Source of the DNA: Candidatus Obscuribacteraceae bacterium
GTDB taxonomy: Bacteria > Cyanobacteriota > Vampirovibrionia > Obscuribacterales > Obscuribacteraceae
Reading direction: 5' to 3'
Assembly (NCBI GenBank): GCA_044226015.1
Contig: JBGAHS010000006.1
Span: 192,001 to 256,000 of the forward strand
Length of the DNA: 64,000 nt
Under the pieces are notes generated by a model. The model was given only the letters and a program-made list of their open reading frames with translations, did no database searches and was not told the DNA's origin. A program made the position numbers and the translations under genes. Positions 16,347-27,063 of the stretch are shown in pieces; position 1 is the first letter of the stretch; each line of letters opens with the position of its first letter.

Positions 16347-18278
16347 GTGCGGCATGACAACCGTGATCTGGTCGGTACGGTACTCGATCGCAAATACAAA
16401 GTAATCGAGTTCCTCGGCGAAGGCGGCATGGGAACTGTTTACAAAGTTCAGCACCTCATACTCAGACGAGAATGTGCAGTAAAAATTATACGTCGAAGGC
16501 ACGCAGCCGATCCTATTGCAATCAGGCGATTTCAATTAGAGGCAGAGGCAGCAAGTCTCCTGCAGCATCCCAATATCATTGAAGTTTACGACTATGGTAT
16601 CACGCAAGAAAACCTGCCATACATGGTTATGGAATATCTTGACGGAGAATCTCTTGATGATTTAATAACCCGCAATAGACAAATAAAATATGCTGTTGCT
16701 CTTCCAATCTTTTTGCAGGTCTGCGAGGCTCTGGCTCACGCACATGACAGAAAGGTTTTGCACCGTGATTTGAAGCCTGAAAACATAATGCTATGTAAGT
16801 CGGACTCAAATAAGTTGGTGGTGAAGCTTCTAGACTTTGGTGTTGCGAAATTACTTCCAGGAACTGGCAGAGCAGTCGAAAAACTCTCAATCACTGGTGA
16901 AATTTGTGGAAGTCCTCTTTATATGAGCCCAGAGCAATGCATGGGTCAATCACTGGACTTCCGTTCAGACATTTACTCTCTTGGATGTGTGTTTTATGAG
17001 GCTTTGACTGGGCAGGTTCCATGCAGTGGAGATTCCCTCTTCCAGATCGTAATGAAGCAAGTGAATGAAATGCCACCGCCGTTTGAAATAGTAGCACCAA
17101 ACATCACAATTCCTATCGAACTTGAGCGCATCGTTATACAGTGCCTGGCAAAAGAGAGAGCGCTGAGATTCTCTTCAGTTGAAGATGTAAGGTCTGCCCT
17201 ATCACAAATAAATATATTGTCTCCCGATGGCACGCCGCACTCGGAAAACTTCGTTGTGCGTGCTCCTGATATTTCCATTGATGGCAATACAGTGACGTTC
17301 ACCCGCGAACAAATGATGATGTCGACCAGGCAAGCTGTTGAGGAAGCCCTCTGGAAAGAGATCCGCATGCTCGAAGAGAAGTATGGAAATGGCTGTCGCT
17401 ATCTAATCGGACCTCTAGCTGATCTCTACCGATTGTATAAGGAAGGGCAACAATACAACTTCGCCCTTGAAGTGAAGAATCGTCAAATGCAATTGATTGA
17501 ATCTGAATACGGCGAAAACAGCCTCGATGCAGCTTATTGCTTCGAGGAGCTTGGGCAGTTGCATCTGAATCTTGGTGCAATGTTTATGTCCGAGTACGCG
17601 ATAAAAGAATCACTGCGTATGAAGGCGATGCTCATCGGAGAAGATGACCCTGACACTTGTCGAACTAGAATACAGTTAGCAAATGTCCTGGTTAAACACG
17701 ATCGTTTTAGCGAAGCAGAGTCCTACTGCGAAGATGCAATTCTAGGCGTCTACAGATCCACCGGCACTTTGAGTCTAGATGCAGCGAATATTGAGCTTTT
17801 GGCTGGAAATTTCTATTACGAAGCAGATAGCCTGCATAAGGCATATGACCACTTCGAAGCAGCATCTCTGATAGTTAGAGATGTCCTTGGTGACTTACAC
17901 ATAAAGTTGAGCGATTGCTATATGGATATGGCACGCTGCAAACACTTTCTCGGTGATTACTTATCTGCTGTTGAGCTTTGCAGAAAAGTGATTGCAATAA
18001 ATGACCGCAACCCTGAGCACAAAGATATTCTGTTTGATCATCCCTGGCAGCAGCTTGTATGGAGCTTCAAAGCCATGCGAAATTATCCAGAGGCAGAGTC
18101 TGCTTGTTTCAAAAGAATAGAGATTTTGAATTCATTTGATGAGCCAATGCCCGCACGTCTTCTGCAAATCTATGAGAACCTGGTTCAAATTTATAAAGAC
18201 TCACGCCAACTCGAAAAAGCAGGTGCCTGGCGACAGAAAGCGAGAGAGCTTGAGGCTGCGGCGAAGCAGGTGAATTAA
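16347..18278 (+). CDS. Soluble Ser/Thr kinase with C-terminal TPR repeats
   Basis: GEGGMGTVY, HRDLKPEN, DFGVAK, GSPLYMSPEQ; repeated helical pairs at the C-terminus. Confidence 0.95.
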   Translation: MRHDNRDLVGTVLDRKYKVIEFLGEGGMGTVYKVQHLILRRECAVKIIRRRHAADPIAIRRFQLEAEAASLLQHPNIIEVYDYGITQENLPYMVMEYLDGESLDDLITRNRQIKYAVALPIFLQVCEALAHAHDRKVLHRDLKPENIMLCKSDSNKLVVKLLDFGVAKLLPGTGRAVEKLSITGEICGSPLYMSPEQCMGQSLDFRSDIYSLGCVFYEALTGQVPCSGDSLFQIVMKQVNEMPPPFEIVAPNITIPIELERIVIQCLAKERALRFSSVEDVRSALSQINILSPDGTPHSENFVVRAPDISIDGNTVTFTREQMMMSTRQAVEEALWKEIRMLEEKYGNGCRYLIGPLADLYRLYKEGQQYNFALEVKNRQMQLIESEYGENSLDAAYCFEELGQLHLNLGAMFMSEYAIKESLRMKAMLIGEDDPDTCRTRIQLANVLVKHDRFSEAESYCEDAILGVYRSTGTLSLDAANIELLAGNFYYEADSLHKAYDHFEAASLIVRDVLGDLHIKLSDCYMDMARCKHFLGDYLSAVELCRKVIAINDRNPEHKDILFDHPWQQLVWSFKAMRNYPEAESACFKRIEILNSFDEPMPARLLQIYENLVQIYKDSRQLEKAGAWRQKARELEAAAKQVN

Positions 18279-18345
18279 GATGAATGGTTGATCGAATCTC
18301 AAGCATGAGATTGAAGCCATTACTCACCGTTCTGAATCTGCAAAA

Positions 18346-18837
18346 TCAGATTGAAGTGTAACCCCAAGAAACAAGCTTGCCATCGAGAAATGGTGCTATA
18401 CCGTGAAAGGTTTCCTCAGTCTCTTCGAAAACTTTGTCCATCCACAAGCGGTCACTTTCCCACAAGGACAGTTTGTCAAGGCCTGCTATTTTAACCCACT
18501 CAAGGTCTCCTTCATGATTTCCTTTAATGGGACTGCCTGTGAATTTGTCGACTCTAAATATGAATCCGAACCAGTCTTCTCCACCTTTGCCAAAACCAGG
18601 CCAGCTGATGGTGCCGCGAAGTACAATTCTCTCGCAGTGAATTCCCGCCTCTTCTAGAACCTCGCGCTTCACCGCATCAATGATGTTTTCGCTTTTTTCA
18701 ATCTTTCCACCCAGTCCGTTGTATTTGCCGAAATGTACATCATCAGTCCGTTTGTTGCGGTGAATCATCAAGACACTCTGGCGATCTTCTGACATGATGT
18801 AAGCCAGGGTAGCGATAATTGGGCAATAAGCTGGCAT
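18346..18837 (-). CDS. NUDIX hydrolase, 8-oxo-dGTP diphosphatase (MutT/MutX-like)
   Basis: GKYNGLGGKIE...AVKREVLEEAG Nudix box; EGDLEWV. Confidence 0.9.
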   Translation of the reverse strand: MPAYCPIIATLAYIMSEDRQSVLMIHRNKRTDDVHFGKYNGLGGKIEKSENIIDAVKREVLEEAGIHCERIVLRGTISWPGFGKGGEDWFGFIFRVDKFTGSPIKGNHEGDLEWVKIAGLDKLSLWESDRLWMDKVFEETEETFHGIAPFLDGKLVSWGYTSI

Positions 18838-20519
18838 TATTTCTCTTCCTTCTTTTCCTCAACCCTGACAATACGCTTACAAAGATCGGTGTCATTGTCA
18901 TCATTGAATTTCCCCAGGTGATGTGACCAGCTCATGAATCGAGCAAGCCCACTTCCCTTGCCGGGTTTCGATGCAACCAACGCAAGTCCTTTTCCTGGCT
19001 CATCGTTTTTAACCATATTTGCAAGCGTATCAAATGGAATGCTATGACCTCTGAGTCCTTCGTCAATTGCAGTGAAATCAATTCTCTCGACGAGACCGCG
19101 CTTATGATGAGGCAAATGATTACCTGAGCTGACTGCTATATCGTCATCACTTTTGGAATCAATTCGCGGGTCATCATTCTTGTCTGACTTGTCGTCATCT
19201 TTCTTCTTTCCCAGACCGCCGAAAACTTCGCCAACGCCTTCTCCAAGCCTATAATAGCCTCCATACATCATCTGAGAGAGCGGCAACATTTTGTCTTTAG
19301 TGGAAGTGTAGAGCCTCAACACAGCTCCCTGATTTTCCATTCCCATCACGTAATGCTTGAAAGTTTCCGCATCAATGTCTGGGGACACCAACTCAACATC
19401 TTTAACTAGTTGAGTTCTCTCCAAATGTACAGCGGCACGAATAACAAGTCGATTACCCATACTATGCGAAACAATTATCAGATGAAGTTTGTGGTTCTTC
19501 TTAAATTCAATCAGGTCTTTGACAAAGGTATTGAAGTGCCCTTGAGACCACTCATTGTTGCCACCATCAACAACATAGCTTATCGTTTTAGGAACGGACG
19601 GCCATGAGTACAAGATGAGAGGACATTGCATCGAATAAGCCATTGCAGCCGCATCCAATGCAGCATCGTCAAAGCTTTCATCAGCACCATGAACGAACAG
19701 ACAGACATCGTCTGTGCCGGACAGCTCCATTAATTTCTGCAGGCGATTGAAGAATTCAACTTTGCCACCATCAGCATCGGTGCAGCTAATTTTGTCGCAG
19801 CTCAGTTCATCGATAGCACGTTTTCCGGCAAGCTTCCAATCGAGCTTCTGAAACAATTCAGGGTCATGCTTGCGCTCAGTGTTGCGCACCACAACATTCG
19901 CCGTGCCGTAATACATATCATGCTTGCAGTCGACGATGTATTTCCGCCTGCTACCATAAGTTTTCTTCTCATCATCGTCCCTGTCAGTTAAATAAAGAAC
20001 AGGAACTATTACTCCCTCGCGGTCTTCCGCAAGCTTCTTATCGCGCTTCTTCTTTGGCTCTTTCGGCTCTAGAGTCTTAGAGCTCGATGAGTCTTTGTTT
20101 TTTTTGCTTTTTCTGTCTTTTTTGGAATCATCAGAAGGAGCTTTGTCTACGCCATCCTCATCCAAAACTTTTGGATTGTCATTTTGCAAAGAATCACCAT
20201 CGCTCTTTGCTCCACCTTCAGCTGTTGAGTCTTTTCCTTTTTTTGTTTTCTTCTTCGGCTCATTTGCTTTTGCAGGCGAATTAGTTTTTTCGCTAGAAGC
20301 TTTTACAGAAGTCTTTTTTTCCCTCTCATTCTTCTGAGTCTTTTTTTCTTTGATGGTGCTTATCTTTTCAGTATCATTCGATGGTGACTCTGACGACACT
20401 GCTGAATCAGCAGACTCTGCCTGGGTGGGCGACGCAACGAAGGTTGAACAGAACATTAGACAGAGTAGAACAGGGAAATATCGCAGCGCAAGTGCTGTTT
20501 GTGCTTTCAGTCTTTTCAT
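18837..20519 (-). CDS. Exported alpha/beta hydrolase (DUF900-like) with Lys/Asp-rich N-terminal linker
   Basis: YLTDR, LFVHG, YSWPS, SHSMGNR nucleophile elbow, SPDID; signal peptide from ATG 20519; TAATG overlap with the Nudix gene. Confidence 0.85.
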   Translation of the reverse strand: MKRLKAQTALALRYFPVLLCLMFCSTFVASPTQAESADSAVSSESPSNDTEKISTIKEKKTQKNEREKKTSVKASSEKTNSPAKANEPKKKTKKGKDSTAEGGAKSDGDSLQNDNPKVLDEDGVDKAPSDDSKKDRKSKKNKDSSSSKTLEPKEPKKKRDKKLAEDREGVIVPVLYLTDRDDDEKKTYGSRRKYIVDCKHDMYYGTANVVVRNTERKHDPELFQKLDWKLAGKRAIDELSCDKISCTDADGGKVEFFNRLQKLMELSGTDDVCLFVHGADESFDDAALDAAAMAYSMQCPLILYSWPSVPKTISYVVDGGNNEWSQGHFNTFVKDLIEFKKNHKLHLIIVSHSMGNRLVIRAAVHLERTQLVKDVELVSPDIDAETFKHYVMGMENQGAVLRLYTSTKDKMLPLSQMMYGGYYRLGEGVGEVFGGLGKKKDDDKSDKNDDPRIDSKSDDDIAVSSGNHLPHHKRGLVERIDFTAIDEGLRGHSIPFDTLANMVKNDEPGKGLALVASKPGKGSGLARFMSWSHHLGKFNDDNDTDLCKRIVRVEEKKEEK

Positions 20520-20751
20520 TATTACTAACTCACAGAACGCGTAGGTGTTGATCATAGACCCTAAAAGCCTTGTGCTTGTTAATTCCATCAGTTTCTAAAC
20601 AATCAAGCTTTACGCAGTCCTCAAAATGCAAGTTCGAGCCTGCTTTAAATGCCGGAATCTCCTGCTGACAAAGCAACTGGAGATGATTAAACAGCCTATC
20701 TTTTAATATCACAGCTCTTTGTGCGATCATTTGACAACCAGAGGTTGAAGT

Positions 20752-21912
20752 TTGCCAAACTTACAAGCAGAGCAATTAGAAGGCGTTAAGGAAGCACAAT
20801 CAGCTTCCGCAGAGCCGGTCTCACACTCGGAGTATAGTCTCGGCTATATTCCTGCGGTGGATGGACTGCGTGCGATTTCTATTTTGCTTGTTCTTGCATT
20901 CCATGACATTGGACCTCGCACTTCAGTAATTGGACATGCTCTTAACGGCTGGATTGGTGTCGATGTATTCTTTGTCATCAGCGGCTATCTGATAACATCC
21001 ATTTTGCTAAAAGAAGCGCGTGAGCATGGCGGCGACTTCAACCTGAAGAAGTTTTACATTCGCAGGTGGCTGCGAATTGCGCCTGTATATTATGTCTTCC
21101 TTAGTGTCGTGTTGGCATGGAAGTTCTGGGGAGGAGACCATCATCTCAAACCATTTGTTTATGCCGCGCTTTATATCACAAACTTGGACCTCGCCTTCGG
21201 CTGGAATCTGACAGCTTTCAAAGTTGGCATGCCGCACATCTGGTCACTTGCTCTGGAAGAGCAATTCTATTTGGTCTTTCCCGCTACCCTGAAATTCTTC
21301 AAGAAGCATGCTCTCGCACTCACCGCTAGTCTCATTGCGGCCGTGTATGCATGGAGGCTTTATCTTGTCGCAAATGGTGCTGAATGGTGGCGCATCGTTC
21401 ATGGTTTTGATACCAAACTTGATACCATAATGTTTGGTGTTCTTACGGCGATACTTCTCACCCATACCAATTTCCGCATGGCTGCTGCCAAATTGCTGGG
21501 AAATTGGGTGGCTCAAATTCTTCTCAGTATAGGACTACTGTACTCATTCCAGACGCTCGGGCATCCAATGAATGGTGGCATACCAGAGCATATGTTCTTC
21601 TGGGGAGTAAAAATGCCGATTACTTCGGTGCTCATTTCGAGTTTACTCATATCTGTAATAACGAATCCTAAAGCCATAGTTGCAGTTGCTCTTGCAAATC
21701 CGGTGGCAGTATTTATCGGAAAGCTCTCCTATAGCATTTACTTGTGGCATCCACTCATTCATTCAATCTACTGTGCGTTCTATTGGGACTATTTCTGTAA
21801 GCATGGTCCTACTGCAGAACTCTACCAGTACATAATCATTTTTGCCTTCTCTTGTTTTTCGTACTATGTTATCGAAAAACCATTCTTAAAATTGAAAGGC
21901 CATTTTGCATAG
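20752..21912 (+). CDS. Acyltransferase family 3 (OafA/YrhL-like)
   Basis: DGLRAISILLV, GVDVFFVISGYLIT, FYIRRWLRI, HIWSLALEEQFY, GKLSYSIYLWH. Confidence 0.95.
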   Translation: MPNLQAEQLEGVKEAQSASAEPVSHSEYSLGYIPAVDGLRAISILLVLAFHDIGPRTSVIGHALNGWIGVDVFFVISGYLITSILLKEAREHGGDFNLKKFYIRRWLRIAPVYYVFLSVVLAWKFWGGDHHLKPFVYAALYITNLDLAFGWNLTAFKVGMPHIWSLALEEQFYLVFPATLKFFKKHALALTASLIAAVYAWRLYLVANGAEWWRIVHGFDTKLDTIMFGVLTAILLTHTNFRMAAAKLLGNWVAQILLSIGLLYSFQTLGHPMNGGIPEHMFFWGVKMPITSVLISSLLISVITNPKAIVAVALANPVAVFIGKLSYSIYLWHPLIHSIYCAFYWDYFCKHGPTAELYQYIIIFAFSCFSYYVIEKPFLKLKGHFA

Positions 21913-21915
21913 TTC

Positions 21916-24039
21916 ATGAGTCAAGGTTATTTCCTAAATCCGCCACTGATTCGAGAGATTCTGCTCTGGTACACGAGTTCTAGAGAGAATATGGTCGTAT
22001 TCGAGCCCCTGGCAAAAGCATGTCTCATGACTGGAAAAATTCTCGCCTCACATTCACCAGAAAAGGGTGATGAGGCCAGGAGAATTCTTGAGGACTGGTG
22101 CTCAGGCGATGAATTTTTCACTATGATAAATGAGGCTGCTAAGTCAAACAGCAGCATCAGCATCGAACTTGCACGCGAGAGTCTAGCGCTGGTATCACAG
22201 TCTGACAGCTTTGTTGCAGGGCTGCCTGTGAATGATGTTCTCTCTGTTTTCAGTGCCCTAATAAGAGCTGATTTACGCTCCAGAGAATCTCGCAGCAGCG
22301 CACATATTGATGAGCTTAACCTCTATCAGTCTCAGCTAAGAAGCTTCGGATTGCACGATGTCTGCTTGCTCTTTCTGGCAAGATGCGCTGCCAAAAATCC
22401 CACACAGTTGTTTGATCTGCTGATACACATCAAAGATGATCGCACAGCGCTAAAACAAATTCCATTGGAGTTACTTGCGGACGGAGCGACATCGCAGTTT
22501 GCTTCCGGTCTGAGAATGTTTGCCATAGGTAATCTCGAAGACTCTTCTAACGCGTTCACCCTTGCTGCAGAGAAAGAGACTTCTTCAGTAAATTCGGACA
22601 TTGCTCAAGCGCTCATTGCAATCATAAATTCTGATAAAGATCGCGTGGAGTTAATGCTGCAGCGTGTTTCTGCGAACCTGTCGGATGGGATGGCTGAATC
22701 GATACGCAACTTCAGCAATATGATGCTCACCCGAAATGATATAACGCTCTCTGCGGATGAAACTGAATCAATCGCGGCGCTACTTTTCTTTCTTATAAAG
22801 TCAAACCAGCATAATGAAGCTTCTAGTGTTGCTGAACGACATATCGAGGCGTTCCCGAAAGACCTGGTAATCAAGCTTCTCTGGGCAGAGTCATTGATTA
22901 CACCGATTCGAAAAGAATGGACAGAAGACCCTCCACTAGCAGGGTGTGCAGATGCAAGTAAAATACGGCAGCTCAGGAAAGCAAAAGACCTGCTTGTAAT
23001 AAGCAGACAAGAAGCTGACTCTGCAAATCTTCCCTACTTAAAGACAATTGCTGACTCAAATCTCACTGTCGTATGTATGATGCTGAGAGATTTCATTACT
23101 GCAGAAGAGTGTGGCTTAGAGGCAGTTGCTGCATTCCCTCAGAGTGGACTTGCAAGAATAAATCTTGCAAGCGCTTTGTTGGCAATTGGAGATCTGCCAA
23201 AACTAATGGACACCATTAGTGATGTGCAAGTTGAATTTAAGAAGTCAGCCAAGCGACTCAGAGCTGAGGCTTTGTACCACAATTGTTCATTTAAGGAAGC
23301 AATTGAAATTTGGAACGACTTATATGAACAAGAAGATGAGCGATTATGGCGTCTTCGCATTTTGTGTCGAAAACTTGAATGCTTCCGTTTAATTCGCGAT
23401 GAGGAAAACGCCCAGAAAGCTGTTGACCTGTTGATGAGTGCATTCAAAAATGAACCTGAGACTTTGTTTGCGATCGCTTATGAACTCTGGCAGATGGGAC
23501 GAAACGATGATGCGATTCATGCACTCAAAGTCGCGAAGGAAATTGCTGCTCCAAATCTGAAGAAATGGATAGCATGGGAACTGGGCAGAATACTTTTCGA
23601 CGTCGGGCAGGCATTATCAGCAACTGACGAATATGTGTCTGTTGCAGATCCTTCAATTGACACTGTTCAAGGACGAGAGTTTGCAGTTGCATTGTACAAA
23701 TCTGGGCTACTGCCTGCGGCGGGTCAACGCGCACGTTCCATACGCGAGATAAAGGGTGAAGTGGTTCCAGGTATTACCGAAATTGAGACTGATTTACTCG
23801 TTCGCGAAGGCAAACTCGCAGAAGCGAAAGAATTACTTATCAAATTGTCCATCGCAAGACCGTTTTCGGTTCTCAACCGTCTTGCAATAGTGCGCATTTG
23901 TATAGGTTTGAACCAAATTGATGAGGCCAGGGTTCAGTTGCAAGAGCTATGCAAATTGAATTTGAGTCCTGAGATGCATGATGAAGTTCAAACCTTTGCT
24001 AATGATCTCAAAATGGATGTCTTCAAAGATCAGGCATAA
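21916..24039 (+). CDS. TPR-repeat protein
   Basis: 707-aa helical ORF with TPR-like periodicity, 3 nt after the acyltransferase stop. Confidence 0.8.
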   Translation: MSQGYFLNPPLIREILLWYTSSRENMVVFEPLAKACLMTGKILASHSPEKGDEARRILEDWCSGDEFFTMINEAAKSNSSISIELARESLALVSQSDSFVAGLPVNDVLSVFSALIRADLRSRESRSSAHIDELNLYQSQLRSFGLHDVCLLFLARCAAKNPTQLFDLLIHIKDDRTALKQIPLELLADGATSQFASGLRMFAIGNLEDSSNAFTLAAEKETSSVNSDIAQALIAIINSDKDRVELMLQRVSANLSDGMAESIRNFSNMMLTRNDITLSADETESIAALLFFLIKSNQHNEASSVAERHIEAFPKDLVIKLLWAESLITPIRKEWTEDPPLAGCADASKIRQLRKAKDLLVISRQEADSANLPYLKTIADSNLTVVCMMLRDFITAEECGLEAVAAFPQSGLARINLASALLAIGDLPKLMDTISDVQVEFKKSAKRLRAEALYHNCSFKEAIEIWNDLYEQEDERLWRLRILCRKLECFRLIRDEENAQKAVDLLMSAFKNEPETLFAIAYELWQMGRNDDAIHALKVAKEIAAPNLKKWIAWELGRILFDVGQALSATDEYVSVADPSIDTVQGREFAVALYKSGLLPAAGQRARSIREIKGEVVPGITEIETDLLVREGKLAEAKELLIKLSIARPFSVLNRLAIVRICIGLNQIDEARVQLQELCKLNLSPEMHDEVQTFANDLKMDVFKDQA

Positions 24040-24061
24040 ATTGCCAGATGCAAAAAGAAGA

Positions 24062-24086
24062 AAAGGTCCGCAATGCGGACCCTTTC
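24062..24086. terminator. Probable bidirectional terminator
   Basis: GGTCCGC/GCGGACC hairpin with A-rich and T-rich flanks between convergent genes. Confidence 0.65.
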
Positions 24087-24122
24087 TGATTGCTAAATTG
24101 AGATTGCTTCAATATTAACAGC

Positions 24123-25628
24123 TTAATGCGTTCCTTGTGCACGAAGTATTGGATAAACTTTCTTGCGCACCATTTCCAATTCGGAAGCGGCAACGACGCT
24201 CTTTCCATACTTATTCGGCGTTTCGAGTGAATCGAGATTCGCGAGATAGCGTTGAATACGATCTTTATCAGCCGCAGCCGATGATTGATCGCTCTTCAGT
24301 TGGCTAATCAGGCTCGAAATGTTCGACATACGAGCAGATGTATCTGCTGGTTGCATCGAGAAGTCCGATACCATCATATCCAGTTGCTCTTCCAACGCCA
24401 TGATTTTCTTAGCTAGTTCAACATCGTTGGTTGCTGTTCTAATTGCATCATCAACTCCAGCGAGAATTGTGGTGACATCAGCTTCAACAATTCGGTGAGA
24501 GAACATAGCCAAATCAAGGCGTCGAACCAGTCTCAGCATCTGCTCACGACCAACTTCCGTGTCGCCATCTTTACGAAGCACACGGCCCAACCAGTCTTGC
24601 ATCATTCTGAGGTCGAGAGACATGAAACGCACTTCTTCTTTGCGCAACTCACGTTCAACGAGGTCAACACCCGGGGTTGGTCCTGGATAAGACTTCTTGA
24701 TCATCTTAACCAGATTCAACTCATGCTGAATACGAACACCATCGCTAGCGCTTAAGTTGCCGTTTCTGGCACCGCTGTCAAGCAAACGTTGAACTTCTGC
24801 AATTGCATTGTCCACATCTTTTTCACTTGGCAGAACGTTGCTGCAACCCTGGTATTGGCAAGCAAGCAATCTCTTGTAGAGCTGCTGCTTAACTTCAGGA
24901 GTTGCAAGACGGCTATGAGCCTTGTCTTTCAACACAGTGAACATTTCCTGACGAACTTGTTGCAAGTGATCAGGCTCAATCTCAAAGCTCTTATAAGTGG
25001 TGAGTCCGCGAGCACAAACCTGATTTCGCGCGATGTAATTATCTGTTCGCAGAATCAATTCATTCAATTTTTCAACTGTGATGTTGTTTTGAACCAGTGC
25101 GCGCTCAAGCTTGTCATTCAAGCTTGACAGGTCAATCGCAAGAACAATGTACTCCCAGAAATCATAGAAATGATCATTGTTGAAGAACTGCTTCTTAATG
25201 CGATAGATGGCCTTCAAGCGCTCTTTATAAGGCTCGGAGGCGGTAGGCATAATCGTTTTATTATTCGAGAGCTGATCGAGGTGTCTCGACCATGTTGTGA
25301 CCAGATGATCGATACTAGGATGCTTTGCTTTAGCAACTTGAGCCTTTGATATCAACTCAGCCCAGGTATCTTCGACATCAGAAAGAGAAGACGCACTATC
25401 TAATTTAGAACCGAGTGTATCAGCATCCTCTTTACTAATTCTTCCGGCAGCTTTCGCGTTGGCAAGGTCTTCATTTGCCTCAGCCTTAACATCATCTACC
25501 GATATCGGGACATAATTTGTACTGCCTGGAGCTGGCGAGTACGCACTAGCACGAACGAACCCAGAGACAGCTATGCTGAGCGCAATTAGTCCAATTACGG
25601 AACCCTTTTGGCGTTTTCCAGCAAACAT
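24123..25628 (-). CDS. Exported all-helical hypothetical protein
   Basis: Signal-like N-terminus (RASA|Y), AGGAG RBS. Confidence 0.8.
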   Translation of the reverse strand: MFAGKRQKGSVIGLIALSIAVSGFVRASAYSPAPGSTNYVPISVDDVKAEANEDLANAKAAGRISKEDADTLGSKLDSASSLSDVEDTWAELISKAQVAKAKHPSIDHLVTTWSRHLDQLSNNKTIMPTASEPYKERLKAIYRIKKQFFNNDHFYDFWEYIVLAIDLSSLNDKLERALVQNNITVEKLNELILRTDNYIARNQVCARGLTTYKSFEIEPDHLQQVRQEMFTVLKDKAHSRLATPEVKQQLYKRLLACQYQGCSNVLPSEKDVDNAIAEVQRLLDSGARNGNLSASDGVRIQHELNLVKMIKKSYPGPTPGVDLVERELRKEEVRFMSLDLRMMQDWLGRVLRKDGDTEVGREQMLRLVRRLDLAMFSHRIVEADVTTILAGVDDAIRTATNDVELAKKIMALEEQLDMMVSDFSMQPADTSARMSNISSLISQLKSDQSSAAADKDRIQRYLANLDSLETPNKYGKSVVAASELEMVRKKVYPILRAQGTH

Positions 25629-25981
25629 TAGTTACTCCTTTTGACAATTTGGAAGCAAGAACGGACAATCCCCTTAACAAGCCAAGCCACGCAAGGCATT
25701 TGAAAGTTTCAAGCTAAATCTTGAGCAATATATCAAGGATGGTCTTCAGTGACAATATATTGAATGCTGATATAGCTTGCTTCCTCAGAAAATTTTGCGC
25801 AGTGTTTCAATTTTGGCGGACAGAATCAAGCCCAAGCGAGCGAGCCATAAATGATCCTTTGCCCTATCTACCCAGAAATACACAAAGTAGAAACGCTTCT
25901 ATTGCCATAAAGTGATTGTTTACAACCATTGGAAGCAAAACGACAAATCGTTCAAAATAGAGACAGTGAAAGTTCGACCAC

Positions 25982-27004
25982 TTGTCATTTGAGGATTCCG
26001 TTTTGCCTAAGCCGATTCTAGCCCGTATTGCAGGCGTCGCAGCAGCCATACCGCCCAAAATTCTCAGCAATGACGACCTTTCAAAGATGGTCGATACAAA
26101 TGACCAATGGATTGTTGAGAGAACTGGCATCAAGCGCAGACGAATTGTCGAGAAAGGTATCACATCCTCTGACCTGGCGACTGAGGCTGCGGCAAAGGTT
26201 ATCAAAGAGGCTGGACTCAAGCCAACCGATATCGACCTCATACTGGTTTCGACAATCACACCAGATATGCAATTGCCCGCGACCGCTTGTCTGGTTCAAC
26301 ACAGATTAGGCGCAACTGGTGCCTGGGGATATGATATATCAGCCGCTTGCTCGGGTTTCTTGTATGCCATGCAAACAGGAGTGCAATTTGTTGGCAGCGG
26401 TGCTCATAAAAATGTTTTGGTAATCGGAGTTGATGTGATGTCATCCATCATCGATTACACAGATAGAAAGACCTGCATCATATTTGGTGACGGCGGAGGA
26501 GCAATACTTCTTCAGCCTTCCACAGCAGAGTCAGAAGGATGCTACATCGACTTCATTCACGAAGTGGACGGTTCCGGCGGTGAAGCGCTTTGCTTGCCTG
26601 GTGGTGGAAGCAAAAATCCAGCGAGCCATGAAACAGTGGACCAGAAATTGCACTACGTTCATCAGGATGGAGCAGCAGTTTTCAAATTCGCTACAAGAAA
26701 AATGGCAGAACTCTGCGTAAAATTACTTGAGCGCAACGGGCTCACAGGAAACGATATCGACCTGTTTATTCCTCACCAGGCGAATTTACGCATCATTCAA
26801 GCAGCTGTCGAAAGAATGGGCGCACCGATGGAAAAGGTAATCATCAATCTCGATGAGTACGGCAACACAACAGACGGAACGCTTCCACTAGCGCTTTATA
26901 CAGCACTTGAGCAAGGCCGCCTTAAGAAGGGCGACCTGGTATTATTCGCATCTATGGGAGCAGGTTACACTGCTGGTGCCGCATTGATGCGCTGGGGATA
27001 CTAA
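25982..27004 (+). CDS. fabH: Beta-ketoacyl-ACP synthase III
   Basis: WIVERTGI, SAACSGF (catalytic Cys), FGDGGGA, PHQAN, YGNT. Confidence 0.95.
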   Translation: MSFEDSVLPKPILARIAGVAAAIPPKILSNDDLSKMVDTNDQWIVERTGIKRRRIVEKGITSSDLATEAAAKVIKEAGLKPTDIDLILVSTITPDMQLPATACLVQHRLGATGAWGYDISAACSGFLYAMQTGVQFVGSGAHKNVLVIGVDVMSSIIDYTDRKTCIIFGDGGGAILLQPSTAESEGCYIDFIHEVDGSGGEALCLPGGGSKNPASHETVDQKLHYVHQDGAAVFKFATRKMAELCVKLLERNGLTGNDIDLFIPHQANLRIIQAAVERMGAPMEKVIINLDEYGNTTDGTLPLALYTALEQGRLKKGDLVLFASMGAGYTAGAALMRWGY

Positions 27005-27063
27005 AAAGTTCTGAATCCTTTCTGAATTCAAGCGCCGCTGAAATTTTGTCACCACCGATGGTG